64,000 nucleotides of DNA, taken from assembly GCA_963663385.2 (NCBI GenBank), contig CAXXXD010000004.1, positions 672,001-736,000 on the forward strand, given 5' to 3'. Both the position numbers and the translations under genes were made by a program. The notes under the pieces were generated by a model that was not told the DNA's origin, made no database searches, and was given only the letters and a program-made list of their open reading frames with translations. This stretch comes from Oceanispirochaeta sp. GTDB taxonomy: Bacteria > Spirochaetota > Spirochaetia > DSM-2461. This document shows, piece by piece, positions 48,078-58,280 of the stretch. The first letter of the stretch is position 1. Each line of letters begins with the position of its first letter.

Positions 48078-49102
48078 CAGTTTAAGTCCCTGATACTTTC
48101 CCGTTCAATCAGCTTGCCTCCGAAAACCACCTTGGCAGGAGGGGAATCGGCATCTTCAAGAATCCGGTCGGTAAGAAGCTGGACAGCCATTCTTCCCATA
48201 CGGTGTTTGCTTACCTCGATGGTTGTCATTCCCGGGGTGCTCATGGATGTTATGGGAAGATTGTCAAAACCGCAGAGGGATATATCGCCGGGGACATTGT
48301 AACCGGTCTCGGTAAGGGCTTTTAGGCAGCCGCAGGCAATAATATCATTGGCACAGAAAAAAGCCGTAGGGAGAATATCATTCTTGCTGAGTTTTTCCAT
48401 CATATCCGTATAGGCCCCGTTAAACGTTGAATCTACGGAAAAGGAAAGATCCTTCTGGTAGGGGATTTCCAGGCGATTGAGGCTCTCCCTGAAAGCCGCC
48501 TCCCTTATCCTGAAATTGGGAGTGGGGTGGATACTGCTTATCATGCCTATCTCTCTGTGTCCCTTTCGGGCAAAATTATTAATAATCTGCCACACCGAAT
48601 CTTCGTTATTCATGTCGATAAAATCAAACCGCAGGTATTTATAGAAGCTGTCCAGAAATACAATAGGTTTTTCGATAACCGAGAAAGCCTCCACATCCTG
48701 GTAACTCAATTCCGTTCCCAGGATAATTACACCTGAATCATCGCTCTTCTGAACATAATCAACAATTTCCTCTATGGGCGTTGTTTTGTAAGTAACCAGT
48801 TTCAGACTGAAGTTTTCATTTTTGGCCTCTTTGCTCATTCCCCGGATATAATCCGCAATAAAGACATCATGATCCCTGTTTAGAATATGACCGTGTCTGG
48901 CAATCTGAAGAAAGCAGATCGAACCGGTTTCATCGTTTGCATTCTGTCTGGTGGAAGGACCTTTGTACTCAAATTCTCTGATGATGGATTGAATACGATC
49001 TCTTGTTTCCTGTCCAACTCCCGGCTTGTTGTTTATAACCAATGAGACTGTAGCGGGAGAAACGCCGGCTTCCTCTGCAATATCCTTAATTCTTACACCC
49101 AT
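48077..49102 (-). CDS. LacI family transcriptional regulator
   Basis: IKDIAEEAGVSPATVS.VIN.K.GV; FCAND..A; VPGDIS..GFDN; IERES. Confidence 0.93.
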   Translation of the reverse strand: MGVRIKDIAEEAGVSPATVSLVINNKPGVGQETRDRIQSIIREFEYKGPSTRQNANDETGSICFLQIARHGHILNRDHDVFIADYIRGMSKEAKNENFSLKLVTYKTTPIEEIVDYVQKSDDSGVIILGTELSYQDVEAFSVIEKPIVFLDSFYKYLRFDFIDMNNEDSVWQIINNFARKGHREIGMISSIHPTPNFRIREAAFRESLNRLEIPYQKDLSFSVDSTFNGAYTDMMEKLSKNDILPTAFFCANDIIACGCLKALTETGYNVPGDISLCGFDNLPITSMSTPGMTTIEVSKHRMGRMAVQLLTDRILEDADSPPAKVVFGGKLIERESIRDLN

Positions 49103-49141
49103 AAGGTTACTTTATATGTGTTTTGAGAATATGGCAAGAAA

Positions 49142-49296
49142 AACTAAAATTTAATTAAAAACAACTAAAATAATAGTTGTTTGCTATTCTGCATGTAGCG
49201 AAAATGGTGATCCATGTTGGCTTTAATACAGTAAAAATGGTTTATCAACTAAAAATTACTAAAATAAATTGACAGATATTTAATTGATGTTACAAT
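49142..49296 (+). promoter_or_regulatory. Promoter and candidate LacI operators of the ABC/rhaM operon
   Basis: TTGACA(49269)-N16-TACAAT(49291) with extended TG; palindrome ACAACTA-N6-TAGTTGT at 49161-49180; repeated ACTAAAA half-sites. Confidence 0.55.
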
Positions 49297-49329
49297 TGGT
49301 TTATATCCACAAGTTAAAGGAGTTTTGAT

Positions 49330-50355
49330 ATGAGTTGGAAAAAGGGTATTCTTCTGCTTCTGGCAGCCCTGATGTCATTTTCTACAGTTTTTGCCGGCGG
49401 TCAGTCTGAAGCCGCAGGTCCCAAGCCTGAATCCGAATGGAAAATCGCACTTGTTCCCAAAGACAGTACAAATGCATGGTTTGTAAGAATGGAAGTCGGT
49501 GTCCGGGAGTTTGCCAAGGACAGCGGATTGAACGCATTTCAGAAAGGACCCGCAAAAACCGATGCGGCCATGCAGGTTCAGGTTATTCAGGACCTTATTG
49601 CTCAAGGTGTTGATGCCCTTTGCATTGTTCCTGTCGACCCTGCCGCTCTGGAACCTGTTCTGGCAGAAGCCCTGGATAAAGGAATCGTTGTAGTCACCCA
49701 CGAAGCATCCTTTCAGGAAAATACAATGTATGATATCGAAGCATTTAACAATGCTGATTACGGTGCTTTTATTATGGATAACCTGGCAAAAGCTATGGGA
49801 GAAGAGGGTGTTTATACAACTATGGTTGGACATGTAACCAACGCTTCCCATAACGAATGGGCTGACGGCGGTGTTGCCCATCAGGCCAAGGCGTACCCCG
49901 GCCTTACCCTTCTGGCGGAAGAACCCAGAGTCGAATCTGAGGATAACATGGAAAGGGCCTATGAAAAAGCCAAGGAACTATTCAAAAAATACCCCAATCT
50001 GAAAGGTATTATGGGAACGTCCTCCAAAGACGCACCCGGTGTTTCCAGAGCCATTGAAGAACTTGGTCTGAAAGATAAAGTATTTGTAGCGGGTACCGGT
50101 CTTGTTTCCGAATGCGGACCTTTCCTGGAAAGCGGAATCCTGCAGTATATTACTCTCTGGGATCCCAAGGATGCCGGTTATGCCATGTGTTCACTGGCTG
50201 CCAAAATTCTGAGAGGCGAAGAGATCGGAAACGGTCTGGATCTGGGGCTCAAAGGTTATGACAACATGCAGTTTGCACCCGGCTCGGATAAAGTGCTGAT
50301 CGGCTCCGGATGGATTGTTATGGATAAGAACAATATGCTTGACTATAACTTCTAA
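49330..50355 (+). CDS. CUT2 sugar ABC substrate-binding protein (LsrB/RhaS-like)
   Basis: VPK...AWF.RM..G, GP...DAA.Q, DLIAQGVDA, LWDP..AGY. Confidence 0.85.
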   Translation: MSWKKGILLLLAALMSFSTVFAGGQSEAAGPKPESEWKIALVPKDSTNAWFVRMEVGVREFAKDSGLNAFQKGPAKTDAAMQVQVIQDLIAQGVDALCIVPVDPAALEPVLAEALDKGIVVVTHEASFQENTMYDIEAFNNADYGAFIMDNLAKAMGEEGVYTTMVGHVTNASHNEWADGGVAHQAKAYPGLTLLAEEPRVESEDNMERAYEKAKELFKKYPNLKGIMGTSSKDAPGVSRAIEELGLKDKVFVAGTGLVSECGPFLESGILQYITLWDPKDAGYAMCSLAAKILRGEEIGNGLDLGLKGYDNMQFAPGSDKVLIGSGWIVMDKNNMLDYNF

Positions 50356-50370
50356 TTACCCGGTTTGAGG

Positions 50371-50402
50371 AAGGGCTACCTCTGAATGGGGTAGCCCTTT
50401 TT
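50371..50402 (+). terminator. Intercistronic terminator/stabiliser
   Basis: AAGGGCTACC...GGTAGCCCTTTTT. Confidence 0.6.
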
Positions 50403-50424
50403 ATAGGAAAAGGAGTTAGTCCCT

Positions 50425-51933
50425 ATGTCTGAATATATTTTACAAGTTGATAATATAAAGAAGTCCTTCGGTGGCGTTCAAGCGCTCAAAGGTGTTTCTC
50501 TGTCTATTAAAAAGGGCGAGATTCACTCTCTCGCCGGAGAAAACGGGTGTGGAAAATCTACACTGATAAAAGTTATATCAGGTTTCTATGAAGCCGATGA
50601 AGGTTCCCTTACTCTGGATGGGGAGACGTATGACAAAATCTCCCCCATGGAAGCCATTCATAAAGGGATTCAGGTTATCTACCAGGATTTCTCCGTCTTC
50701 CCGAATCTGACGGTAATGGAAAATCTGGCTTTTAATATGGAACTGATGAACCGTCGTAAATTTGTTAATCAAAGACGGATGAGAAAAATTGCTGAAACGG
50801 CTCTGTCTCGAATCGATTTCAAGGTTGATCTTGATGAACGGGTAGAGAATCTTCCCGTTGCGGATAAACAACTGATTGCTATCAGCCGCGCCCTTCTCTA
50901 TGATGCCAGGCTGATTATAATGGATGAGCCGACTACTGCTCTGACCAAAAAAGAAGTGAAAGCCCTGTTTGAAGTTATAAAAAGCCTTCAGGCCCAGGGG
51001 ATCGCCATTCTGTTTGTCTCTCATAAACTGGATGAAGTATTTGAAATCTCGGAAGGATACACCATTCTCCGGAATGGTGAAAATATAATCAGCGGTGAAA
51101 CAGCCGAGCTTACGGATAGTAAGTTTGCCTATTATATGACAGGCCGTGAGTTTAAGGAGGCTTCTTTTACACCTCCGTCAATCGGTAAAACACCCATTGT
51201 CCAGACTGAAAATCTCAGCCTGAACGGAGCCTATAAGGACGTCTGCTTTGATTTGAAGCCGGGAGAGATCCTGGGGATAACAGGACTTCTGGGATCCGGA
51301 CGGACCGAACTGGTGCAAACCCTGTTCGGTTTGAGTACGCCGGATTCGGGTACCATAAAAATGGAAGGGAAGGCCGTTCAGTTTAACAATGTGAAAGATG
51401 CGGTTGCCAAAGGCATTGGTTATGTTCCGGAAGACCGCCTGACAGAGGGGCTTTTTCTTCCCCAGTCCATCAGCCTTAATACAATCGTTGCCAAAATGGA
51501 CAAACTTTCCGGTAGTTCCGGGTTTCTTGATCAGGAACGGATCGATGGAGAAGTCAAGGGCTGGATAAAGGATCTGGCAATTGCTGCCAGTGATTCGGAA
51601 CAGCCTGTTCAGACTCTGTCCGGAGGAAACCAGCAGAAGGTTGTTCTGGCCCGCTGGCTGGCTAACGATTTGAAAGTTCTTATATTAAACGGTCCGACAG
51701 TCGGTGTCGACATCGGGTCGAAATACGATATCCACTCTCTGCTTCGAGAGCTGGCCGGTAAAGGAATGGGGATTATTGTTATTTCCGATGACCTTCCTGA
51801 AATCATGGCCACATGCAACCGCATCCTTGTTATGAGGGACGGCAGCTTTGTTGAAGAGCTGGATCCTTCCTCAACAACGGAGGAGCATCTGAGCAATGTT
51901 ATTACGGGAGATCTGGAGGGAGCATCCATATGA
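50425..51933 (+). CDS. CUT2 sugar ABC ATP-binding protein
   Basis: GENGCGKST, MDEPTTAL, FVSHKL, VPEDR, LSGGNQQK. Confidence 0.93.
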   Translation: MSEYILQVDNIKKSFGGVQALKGVSLSIKKGEIHSLAGENGCGKSTLIKVISGFYEADEGSLTLDGETYDKISPMEAIHKGIQVIYQDFSVFPNLTVMENLAFNMELMNRRKFVNQRRMRKIAETALSRIDFKVDLDERVENLPVADKQLIAISRALLYDARLIIMDEPTTALTKKEVKALFEVIKSLQAQGIAILFVSHKLDEVFEISEGYTILRNGENIISGETAELTDSKFAYYMTGREFKEASFTPPSIGKTPIVQTENLSLNGAYKDVCFDLKPGEILGITGLLGSGRTELVQTLFGLSTPDSGTIKMEGKAVQFNNVKDAVAKGIGYVPEDRLTEGLFLPQSISLNTIVAKMDKLSGSSGFLDQERIDGEVKGWIKDLAIAASDSEQPVQTLSGGNQQKVVLARWLANDLKVLILNGPTVGVDIGSKYDIHSLLRELAGKGMGIIVISDDLPEIMATCNRILVMRDGSFVEELDPSSTTEEHLSNVITGDLEGASI

Positions 51934-52958
51934 AATTGAAACGACTTTCCAAAAGTACAGAACCCTATGTACTGGGCGCCATTATACTGCTGAGCCTGCT
52001 CATTCAGTTCAGAAGCGGCCAGTTCTTTACAGGAAATAATCTGGTGGATCTGAGCCGTTCTCTTATTGTTCCGGCACTGTTTGCCATAGGCGCCCAGATT
52101 GTTATTGTTTCAGGAGGAATTGATGTTTCCTTTCCCGCAATCGCCTCCCTGTCCATGTATATCACCACCAGAATCCTGCTGAGTGTGGATTATGCCGGAC
52201 CGATTATCCTCCCTTATCTGATGGGAGCGGTTTTCGGTATCGTTATGGGGCTGTTGAATGGTGTCCTGATCGGATTTTTCCGATTCCCCACACTCGTTGT
52301 TACATTGGGTACTTCCAGTCTGTATATAGGTATAATGCAGGGTGTTCTGGCTGCCCATGAGCTGCCGGTTCCTCCCGCCATGTTTGCCCATGGCAAAGCA
52401 AAGCTGTTTTCCGCCTACAATGCGGGGCTGGGGCTCAGTTCCGATATGCCTGTGACTATTTTTATTCTGATTTTCTTTCTCCTGGTTACCTTCCTTCTGC
52501 TCCGCTTTACCATGCTGGGAAGGGGTATCTATGCTCTGGGAGGGGATGAAGTTTCAGCGCAGAGGGCCGGTTTCAATATTCTGGGGATTAAGCTGTTTAT
52601 CTATTCCTATGTCGGTTTGATAGCAGGTATTGCCGGTATCGCCCGGGCTTGTATGATGCGGAACTGCCATCCTACCAACCTCCTCGGGATTGAGATGATC
52701 GTTATTGCTGCGGTTGTACTGGGGGGAACCAGGGTAACCGGTGGTTTGGGTTCCTTAACCGGGACCATGCTCGGTATGGCTTTGATGACTATCATGTCCA
52801 ACAGTCTCATTCTCCTCGGCATTTCAACATACTGGCAGAAAGTATTCACCGGAGCTATTATTCTGATCGGAACGGGAGTATCCGCCTCGCAGGTTTCCGG
52901 GAAGAGAAGAAAGAAAAAATCGGAAGGGGTTCCCGAAAAGAAGGAGGCTCTCTCATGA
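51930..52958 (+). CDS. CUT2 sugar ABC permease
   Basis: SGGIDVSF, GRGIYA.GG, IAAVVLGG...GG.GS. Confidence 0.9.
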   Translation: MKLKRLSKSTEPYVLGAIILLSLLIQFRSGQFFTGNNLVDLSRSLIVPALFAIGAQIVIVSGGIDVSFPAIASLSMYITTRILLSVDYAGPIILPYLMGAVFGIVMGLLNGVLIGFFRFPTLVVTLGTSSLYIGIMQGVLAAHELPVPPAMFAHGKAKLFSAYNAGLGLSSDMPVTIFILIFFLLVTFLLLRFTMLGRGIYALGGDEVSAQRAGFNILGIKLFIYSYVGLIAGIAGIARACMMRNCHPTNLLGIEMIVIAAVVLGGTRVTGGLGSLTGTMLGMALMTIMSNSLILLGISTYWQKVFTGAIILIGTGVSASQVSGKRRKKKSEGVPEKKEALS

Positions 52959-53971
52959 ACCTGAAAAACAGGATAACCACCAATTCCAACAATTTCCGTC
53001 TCTTTGTAATGCTTGTTGCAGTCTTTACGCTGATGAGCCTGATGAGGCCGGAGATTTTTCTCCGTTCCTGGAATCTGGTTTCCATGCTGAAACAGTTTCC
53101 CGAATACGGCCTTATGGCCGTCGGAATCAGTATTACCATGATTACCGGAGGAATAGACCTTGCGGTTGTCGGAACAGCAAACCTGTCGGCCATAATCACA
53201 GCCCGTTTTCTGATTGCCATGGTTCCCAAGGGAGCCCCCACCGGTTTCGTTATTATGATGATACTCCTGTCCATCGGTATCGCCGTGCTGATAGGAGCTG
53301 TCGCCGGTATTTTCAACGGGATTCTTATCTCCCGATTCAGGATCCCTCCCATTCTGGCAACACTTGGAACGCAGCAGCTTTTTACCGGGCTGGCCATTGT
53401 TGCAACCAGAGGAAGACCTATCAGCGGCCTGCCGATAATGTTCTCCCGGGTCGGAAACAAGACCCTTCTGGGATTCCTTCCCGTTCCTTTTATCATCTAT
53501 GCCGTAGCTGCTGTTCTGGTGGGGATTATGCTCTCCCGGACCCGCTTCGGTAAACAGATCTATCTGATTGGTACCAACCCGACGGCCTCACGGTATGCAG
53601 GGCTGAACAATACAATGATTCTGATTAAAACCTATATGATTTCCGGAATCCTTTCGGCGGTCGCCGGTCTGATTATGATGGCCCGGGTCAATTCGGCCAA
53701 GGCTGATTACGGTGCATCCTATACCCTGCAGTGCGTTCTGATTGCCGTGCTGGGCGGGGTTCATCCGGAAGGGGGATTCGGAAAAATCACCGGTGTTACC
53801 ATGGCGATTCTGATCCTCCAGATTCTTTCTTCCGGTTTGAACATGTTCGAGAATGTGAGCAACTTCTATCGGGATGTAATCTGGGGCGGTGTTCTGATTC
53901 TGGTTCTGATACTGAACTATGCCATTTCCCGCCGGAATACAAGAAAGGCACTGCGGGCTTCCCGCAGCTGA
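52955..53971 (+). CDS. CUT2 sugar ABC permease
   Basis: TGGIDL, PPILATLG, SAKADYG.SY.L, LGGV.P.GG.G. Confidence 0.9.
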   Translation: MNLKNRITTNSNNFRLFVMLVAVFTLMSLMRPEIFLRSWNLVSMLKQFPEYGLMAVGISITMITGGIDLAVVGTANLSAIITARFLIAMVPKGAPTGFVIMMILLSIGIAVLIGAVAGIFNGILISRFRIPPILATLGTQQLFTGLAIVATRGRPISGLPIMFSRVGNKTLLGFLPVPFIIYAVAAVLVGIMLSRTRFGKQIYLIGTNPTASRYAGLNNTMILIKTYMISGILSAVAGLIMMARVNSAKADYGASYTLQCVLIAVLGGVHPEGGFGKITGVTMAILILQILSSGLNMFENVSNFYRDVIWGGVLILVLILNYAISRRNTRKALRASRS

Positions 53972-53982
53972 AAGGAGAGTTT

Positions 53983-54297
53983 ATGCAGCGCGTCGGATTT
54001 AAAATGAAGCTTCATCCCGGAAACGCGGAGGAGTATAAAAAACGTCATGATGAGATTTGGCCCGAGTTGAAGGAAGAGCTGCACGAGGCCGGCCTCAGAG
54101 AATTCAGTATCTTCCTGGACGAGGATAATCTGACTCTGTTTGCCTTTCATCTGCTTACAGCCGACAGGGACAATCCCGATCAGCCAGGCGGGGAAGTGCA
54201 GAGACGATGGTGGAAGTATATGGAGCCGCTTATGGAGTGCAATCCTGATTCTTCCCCTAAAATATGGCCTTTAAAAGAGGTCTTTTATCTTAAGTAA
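53983..54297 (+). CDS. rhaM: L-rhamnose mutarotase
   Basis: MQRVGFKMKL.PG..EEYKKRHDEIWPE...SIFLD...RWW.YM...EVFYL; ATG after AAGGAG. Confidence 0.88.
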   Translation: MQRVGFKMKLHPGNAEEYKKRHDEIWPELKEELHEAGLREFSIFLDEDNLTLFAFHLLTADRDNPDQPGGEVQRRWWKYMEPLMECNPDSSPKIWPLKEVFYLK

Positions 54298-54319
54298 CAG
54301 CATGTGAAGGAGAAGCGTT

Positions 54320-55294
54320 ATGATTAAATATTCTGTAATTCTGGGCAATCTGGGCAATACCTGCGACCGTTTCCTTTCTTCGGGATATAAAGATGTGGAA
54401 ACGAAGGAAAGCCTTATACGGCAGGCTTCCGAGATAGACGGCGTCAAGGGAATTGAACTGGTGGGGACCTGGGATGTTACCATGGATAATGCCCTGGAAG
54501 TGAAACAGATGCTGGACCATTACGGACTGGAGTGCGTCTCTATTATCCCCGATCATTTCAGTCAGAAGAAGTGGGGGCGGGGAACCCTTTCCGCCAAGGA
54601 TGCCTCAACCCGGCAGATGGCACTGGATTATACGGCGGAGTGTGTGGAGATCGCCCGGAAACTGAACTGCGGGATTCTGAATATATGGCCCGGACAGGAC
54701 GGTTACGATTATCATCTGCAGAGCGATCTGGTTCAGGAACGCCGCTGGCTGATGGAAAATCTGAGGAAACTGGCTTCCGATGCCCCGGATATCAGATTCT
54801 CTCTGGAATATAAACCCAAGGAACCCCGGAATTTTTCCTTTATGGCCCGGGCTTCAGATACACTGCTTCTGGCCAAGGAGATAGGACTGGATAATGTGGG
54901 TGTAACTATCGATACGGGGCATTCATTTGTTGCCGGAGAAAATGTGTCGGAAGCAGCAGTCATACTTCAGGAGTATGGGCAGAAACTCTTTCATATGCAT
55001 TTCAATGATAATTACAACAGTTGGGATGACGATATGATTGTGGGAAGCGTACACTTCCCCCTGTATGTGGAACTCCTTTACTGGCTGGAGGAAACCGGGT
55101 ATAACGGCTGGTACTCAATGGATCAGTACCCATACAGGGAGGATGGCAAAGCTGCTGTCGAAGCCAGTGTAAAGTACCTGCAGATGATTGAGCGGCTGCT
55201 GACTCCTCAGGCCAGGAACGAAATAAAGGACCTTTTGAAAGAGGGCAATGCCGTACGGTCTCAAACCTGGCTGCGGGAGACTTTCTTTAAATAG
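54320..55294 (+). CDS. Xylose isomerase-like TIM-barrel sugar isomerase (substrate uncertain)
   Basis: WPGQDG.DY, EYKPKEPR, D.GH, H.NDN...DDD, DQYP. Confidence 0.85.
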   Translation: MIKYSVILGNLGNTCDRFLSSGYKDVETKESLIRQASEIDGVKGIELVGTWDVTMDNALEVKQMLDHYGLECVSIIPDHFSQKKWGRGTLSAKDASTRQMALDYTAECVEIARKLNCGILNIWPGQDGYDYHLQSDLVQERRWLMENLRKLASDAPDIRFSLEYKPKEPRNFSFMARASDTLLLAKEIGLDNVGVTIDTGHSFVAGENVSEAAVILQEYGQKLFHMHFNDNYNSWDDDMIVGSVHFPLYVELLYWLEETGYNGWYSMDQYPYREDGKAAVEASVKYLQMIERLLTPQARNEIKDLLKEGNAVRSQTWLRETFFK

Positions 55295-55324
55295 TACGTA
55301 TTTTTTCTTTGATAGAACACTTCG

Positions 55325-55354
55325 ACCGCTGTTCCTCCGGGGCAGCGGTTTTTT
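55325..55354 (+). terminator. Rho-independent terminator
   Basis: ACCGCTG...CAGCGGT followed by a T-tract. Confidence 0.7.
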
Positions 55355-55402
55355 AATTAATGTATGCTTTTTATCAAACGAAGAACATGTGTAGATTTAA
55401 TG

Positions 55403-55611
55403 TTTCGTATGAAATGAAATATAATTTCGAAAGAAAGCTTAGGGCTGGTGAAAAATATCATATGAAAAATATGTATAATCATACGAAAATAAATAACAAT
55501 CATATGAAATTTATGTTGACAGGTGGTAATCCCGGTGATAACATCTCTCATATAAATCATCATACGAAAAATATTAAGATTCACATGAAAGCAAATAGTC
55601 TTCGAAAAGAA
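55403..55611 (+). promoter_or_regulatory. Array of about 8 TTTCATATGAAA-like boxes around a sigma70 promoter
   Basis: Boxes at 55403, 55425, 55456, 55477, 55498, 55558, 55579 and 55600 (weak); promoter TTGACA(55516)-N17-TAACAT(55539). Confidence 0.7.
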
Positions 55612-55725
55612 GAAAGTGAACAGCTTGCGCTTAGTGAAATAGGGTTTGATTCCAGAGCTGAGTCGGGATTCAAAATCTGCGAGGCCCTGCCTGGATAAAA
55701 TATGTATCTATCAAAAGGAGAGAGT

Positions 55726-56682
55726 ATGAAAAAGAAACTCTGCGTAATTATTAGTGTTTGTCTGCTGATGAGCTCAATGGTATTTGCCAATGGACAGCAG
55801 GATGGAGTTAAAGAGGGAACTCCCAGGGTTGCCTTCATTCCCGGTGATATGGCAAACGAGTCTCAGGCATTTGCAGCAAAGATGTTCGAAAAGCATGCCG
55901 CGGAGTATGGATTTGAGGTCATCATTCTCGATGGAAAGGGTGATGCTCAGGTTCAGGCACAGGTTGTGAACAATGCTATTGCCCAGAAACTGGAGGCAAT
56001 CTATATAAATCCGAATGACATCAATGCCATCATTCCCAGTCTGATGCAGGCAAAACAGGCCGGTTTGATTGTCGGCATGTTTTCTTCCGACGTTCCTGAA
56101 GCTCAGGAAAGTGTCAGGGATTTCTTTGTCGGTGTAAATGACAATATGGCCGGAGAGGCCGCCGGTGAAGCATTTCTTTCCAATTTTCCGGGGGGGGCAA
56201 ATATTGTGGAAATCGGTGGACAGTCCGGCCATGATGCCCAGATAAAAAGGCATGACGGTTTTAACAGCGCCATCAGCGGTACAAATATCAGGGTTATTGA
56301 CTATAAAGCGACCCAGCAGTGGGCAACTGCGGAAGCAATGGCCATTATGGAAGATATGATTGTTAAAAACGGTGACCGGATTGATGGCGTTTTCTGTCAC
56401 TGGGATAACGGCGCTACAGGTATTCTGGGGGCCCTGAAAGCTGCCGGAATGGAAGGTAAGTACATTGTCGCTGTTGATGGAAACAGAGCGGGGTTTGATC
56501 AGGTCCGAAGCGGCGAACAGAGTGTCACAATTATGCAGAACTTTGAAACTTTTGCCATAAAATCTCTGGAGATGACACGGACTATCCTGGATGGCGGCAA
56601 GATTGATACACCCGTAAACTTTGTTCCTCTCGATATAGTCAGCCTTGAGAATATAGATCAGTTTACACCTCCCGAATGGTAA
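55726..56682 (+). CDS. CUT2 (ribose-like) sugar ABC substrate-binding protein
   Basis: FANGQQD signal; D...D.Q.Q, I.INP.D, R.DGF, W, VFCHWD, VDG, Q. Confidence 0.88.
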   Translation: MKKKLCVIISVCLLMSSMVFANGQQDGVKEGTPRVAFIPGDMANESQAFAAKMFEKHAAEYGFEVIILDGKGDAQVQAQVVNNAIAQKLEAIYINPNDINAIIPSLMQAKQAGLIVGMFSSDVPEAQESVRDFFVGVNDNMAGEAAGEAFLSNFPGGANIVEIGGQSGHDAQIKRHDGFNSAISGTNIRVIDYKATQQWATAEAMAIMEDMIVKNGDRIDGVFCHWDNGATGILGALKAAGMEGKYIVAVDGNRAGFDQVRSGEQSVTIMQNFETFAIKSLEMTRTILDGGKIDTPVNFVPLDIVSLENIDQFTPPEW

Positions 56683-56774
56683 TAATTTGTCATGTAAAAA
56701 AGTAGAAATGACTCGTTTCGGGCTGGACCGGAACGGGTCATCCTGTCGGAACAATTGTTATGAGGTTAGGGAGA

Positions 56775-58280
56775 ATGAAAGAAAAGGAACCGGAAGTCAT
56801 TCTATCGGTTAAGGATGTAAGTAAGGCATTTCCGGGAGTTAAAGCTCTGGATCAGGTTTCCATTGATGTCCAGAGAGGATCTGTCCATGGAATTGTAGGA
56901 GAAAACGGCGCCGGTAAGTCGACTCTGATGAAAATACTGTCCGGAGTATACAGGAAAGACTCCGGAACCATTATTTTTGATGGGGAAAATATCAAAACCA
57001 CAACCCCTCTGCAGTCAATGCAGAGGGGGCTGAGTATTATTTACCAGGAGTTGAACCTTGTTGACACCATGACCGTTGGTGAGAACGTATTCCTGGGCCG
57101 GTTCAAGGAACTGAGGGGGATGCGGAATACCCATGCCAGGGCAAAAGAACTTTTGAACAGTATCGCCTGTTCTATTGATACACATACAATGATTTCGGAA
57201 TTGAGTGTTTCCGAAAAACAGATGGTGGAGATAACCAAGGCACTGTCGTTTGATTCAAAACTGATAATAATGGATGAACCCAGCAGCAGTTTGACAAGCG
57301 AAGAAATGAATGAGCTGGAAGTGATTATTCATCAGCTGAAAGAGAAAGGAATCTCCATTATTTATATCAGTCACAAACTGGATGAAATCTTTGATTTCTG
57401 TGACCGTGTTACTGTTATGCGCGACGGGAAGGTTATCGATACAAAACCGATTGGAGAAATTGACCGCAGCGAGATGATAGCCAAAATGGTCGGCCGTACC
57501 ATTGAGAACGAATTCCCCGAACGGCCCCGCTGTGTCGGCGGTACACTGATGAAAGTTCAGTCCATCAATACTTCCAGGCTGAGTAATGTTTCATTTGAAC
57601 TGAAGAAAGGGGAGATCCTCGGATTAGTCGGACTGGTAGGGGCCGGCCGGACAGAAATTGTCCGGGCGATTTTCGGAGCCGACAAGGTAAAGGGTCATAA
57701 GATATCCATCAACGGAAATCCGGTTAAAATCAGAAAACCCTCTGATGCCAAAAAGGCCGGGGTCTGTCTTGTTCCCGAAGACCGGAAACTCCAGGGGCTT
57801 GTTCTGCCATTTTCTGTTGAATCCAATATCACTCTTGCCAGTCTGGATAGAATCACCAGGTTCGGATTTTTGAATAAATCGAAAGAGAAAGAGATTGCAG
57901 AGAAACATATAAAAAGACTGGGAGTTAAAACGCCATCGGCAAAAACCCGGGTTGAAAGCCTTTCGGGGGGGAATCAGCAGAAATGCATTGTCGGCCGGTG
58001 GATGGAACTCGACCCGAGCATCCTTATTCTGGATGAACCTACCAGGGGAATTGATGTAGGGGCCAAGTTTGAAATCTATCTTCTTATGAAACAGATTGTA
58101 GAGAACGGCGGTTCCGTAATTCTTATTTCCTCGGAACTTCCGGAAGTTCTTAATATGAGTAATCGTGTTTTGACCATTTGTGACGGGCGGATTACCGGAG
58201 AGTTTAATCCTGAAGAAGCCTCTGCAGATGCCATTATGGCGAAGTCTCTGGAATTTAAAGATAAAGGAGCTGCACAATGA
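56775..58280 (+). CDS. CUT2 sugar ABC ATP-binding protein
   Basis: GENGAGKST, MDEP.SSL, YISHKL, VPEDRK, LSGGNQQK, LDEPTRG. Confidence 0.93.
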   Translation: MKEKEPEVILSVKDVSKAFPGVKALDQVSIDVQRGSVHGIVGENGAGKSTLMKILSGVYRKDSGTIIFDGENIKTTTPLQSMQRGLSIIYQELNLVDTMTVGENVFLGRFKELRGMRNTHARAKELLNSIACSIDTHTMISELSVSEKQMVEITKALSFDSKLIIMDEPSSSLTSEEMNELEVIIHQLKEKGISIIYISHKLDEIFDFCDRVTVMRDGKVIDTKPIGEIDRSEMIAKMVGRTIENEFPERPRCVGGTLMKVQSINTSRLSNVSFELKKGEILGLVGLVGAGRTEIVRAIFGADKVKGHKISINGNPVKIRKPSDAKKAGVCLVPEDRKLQGLVLPFSVESNITLASLDRITRFGFLNKSKEKEIAEKHIKRLGVKTPSAKTRVESLSGGNQQKCIVGRWMELDPSILILDEPTRGIDVGAKFEIYLLMKQIVENGGSVILISSELPEVLNMSNRVLTICDGRITGEFNPEEASADAIMAKSLEFKDKGAAQ

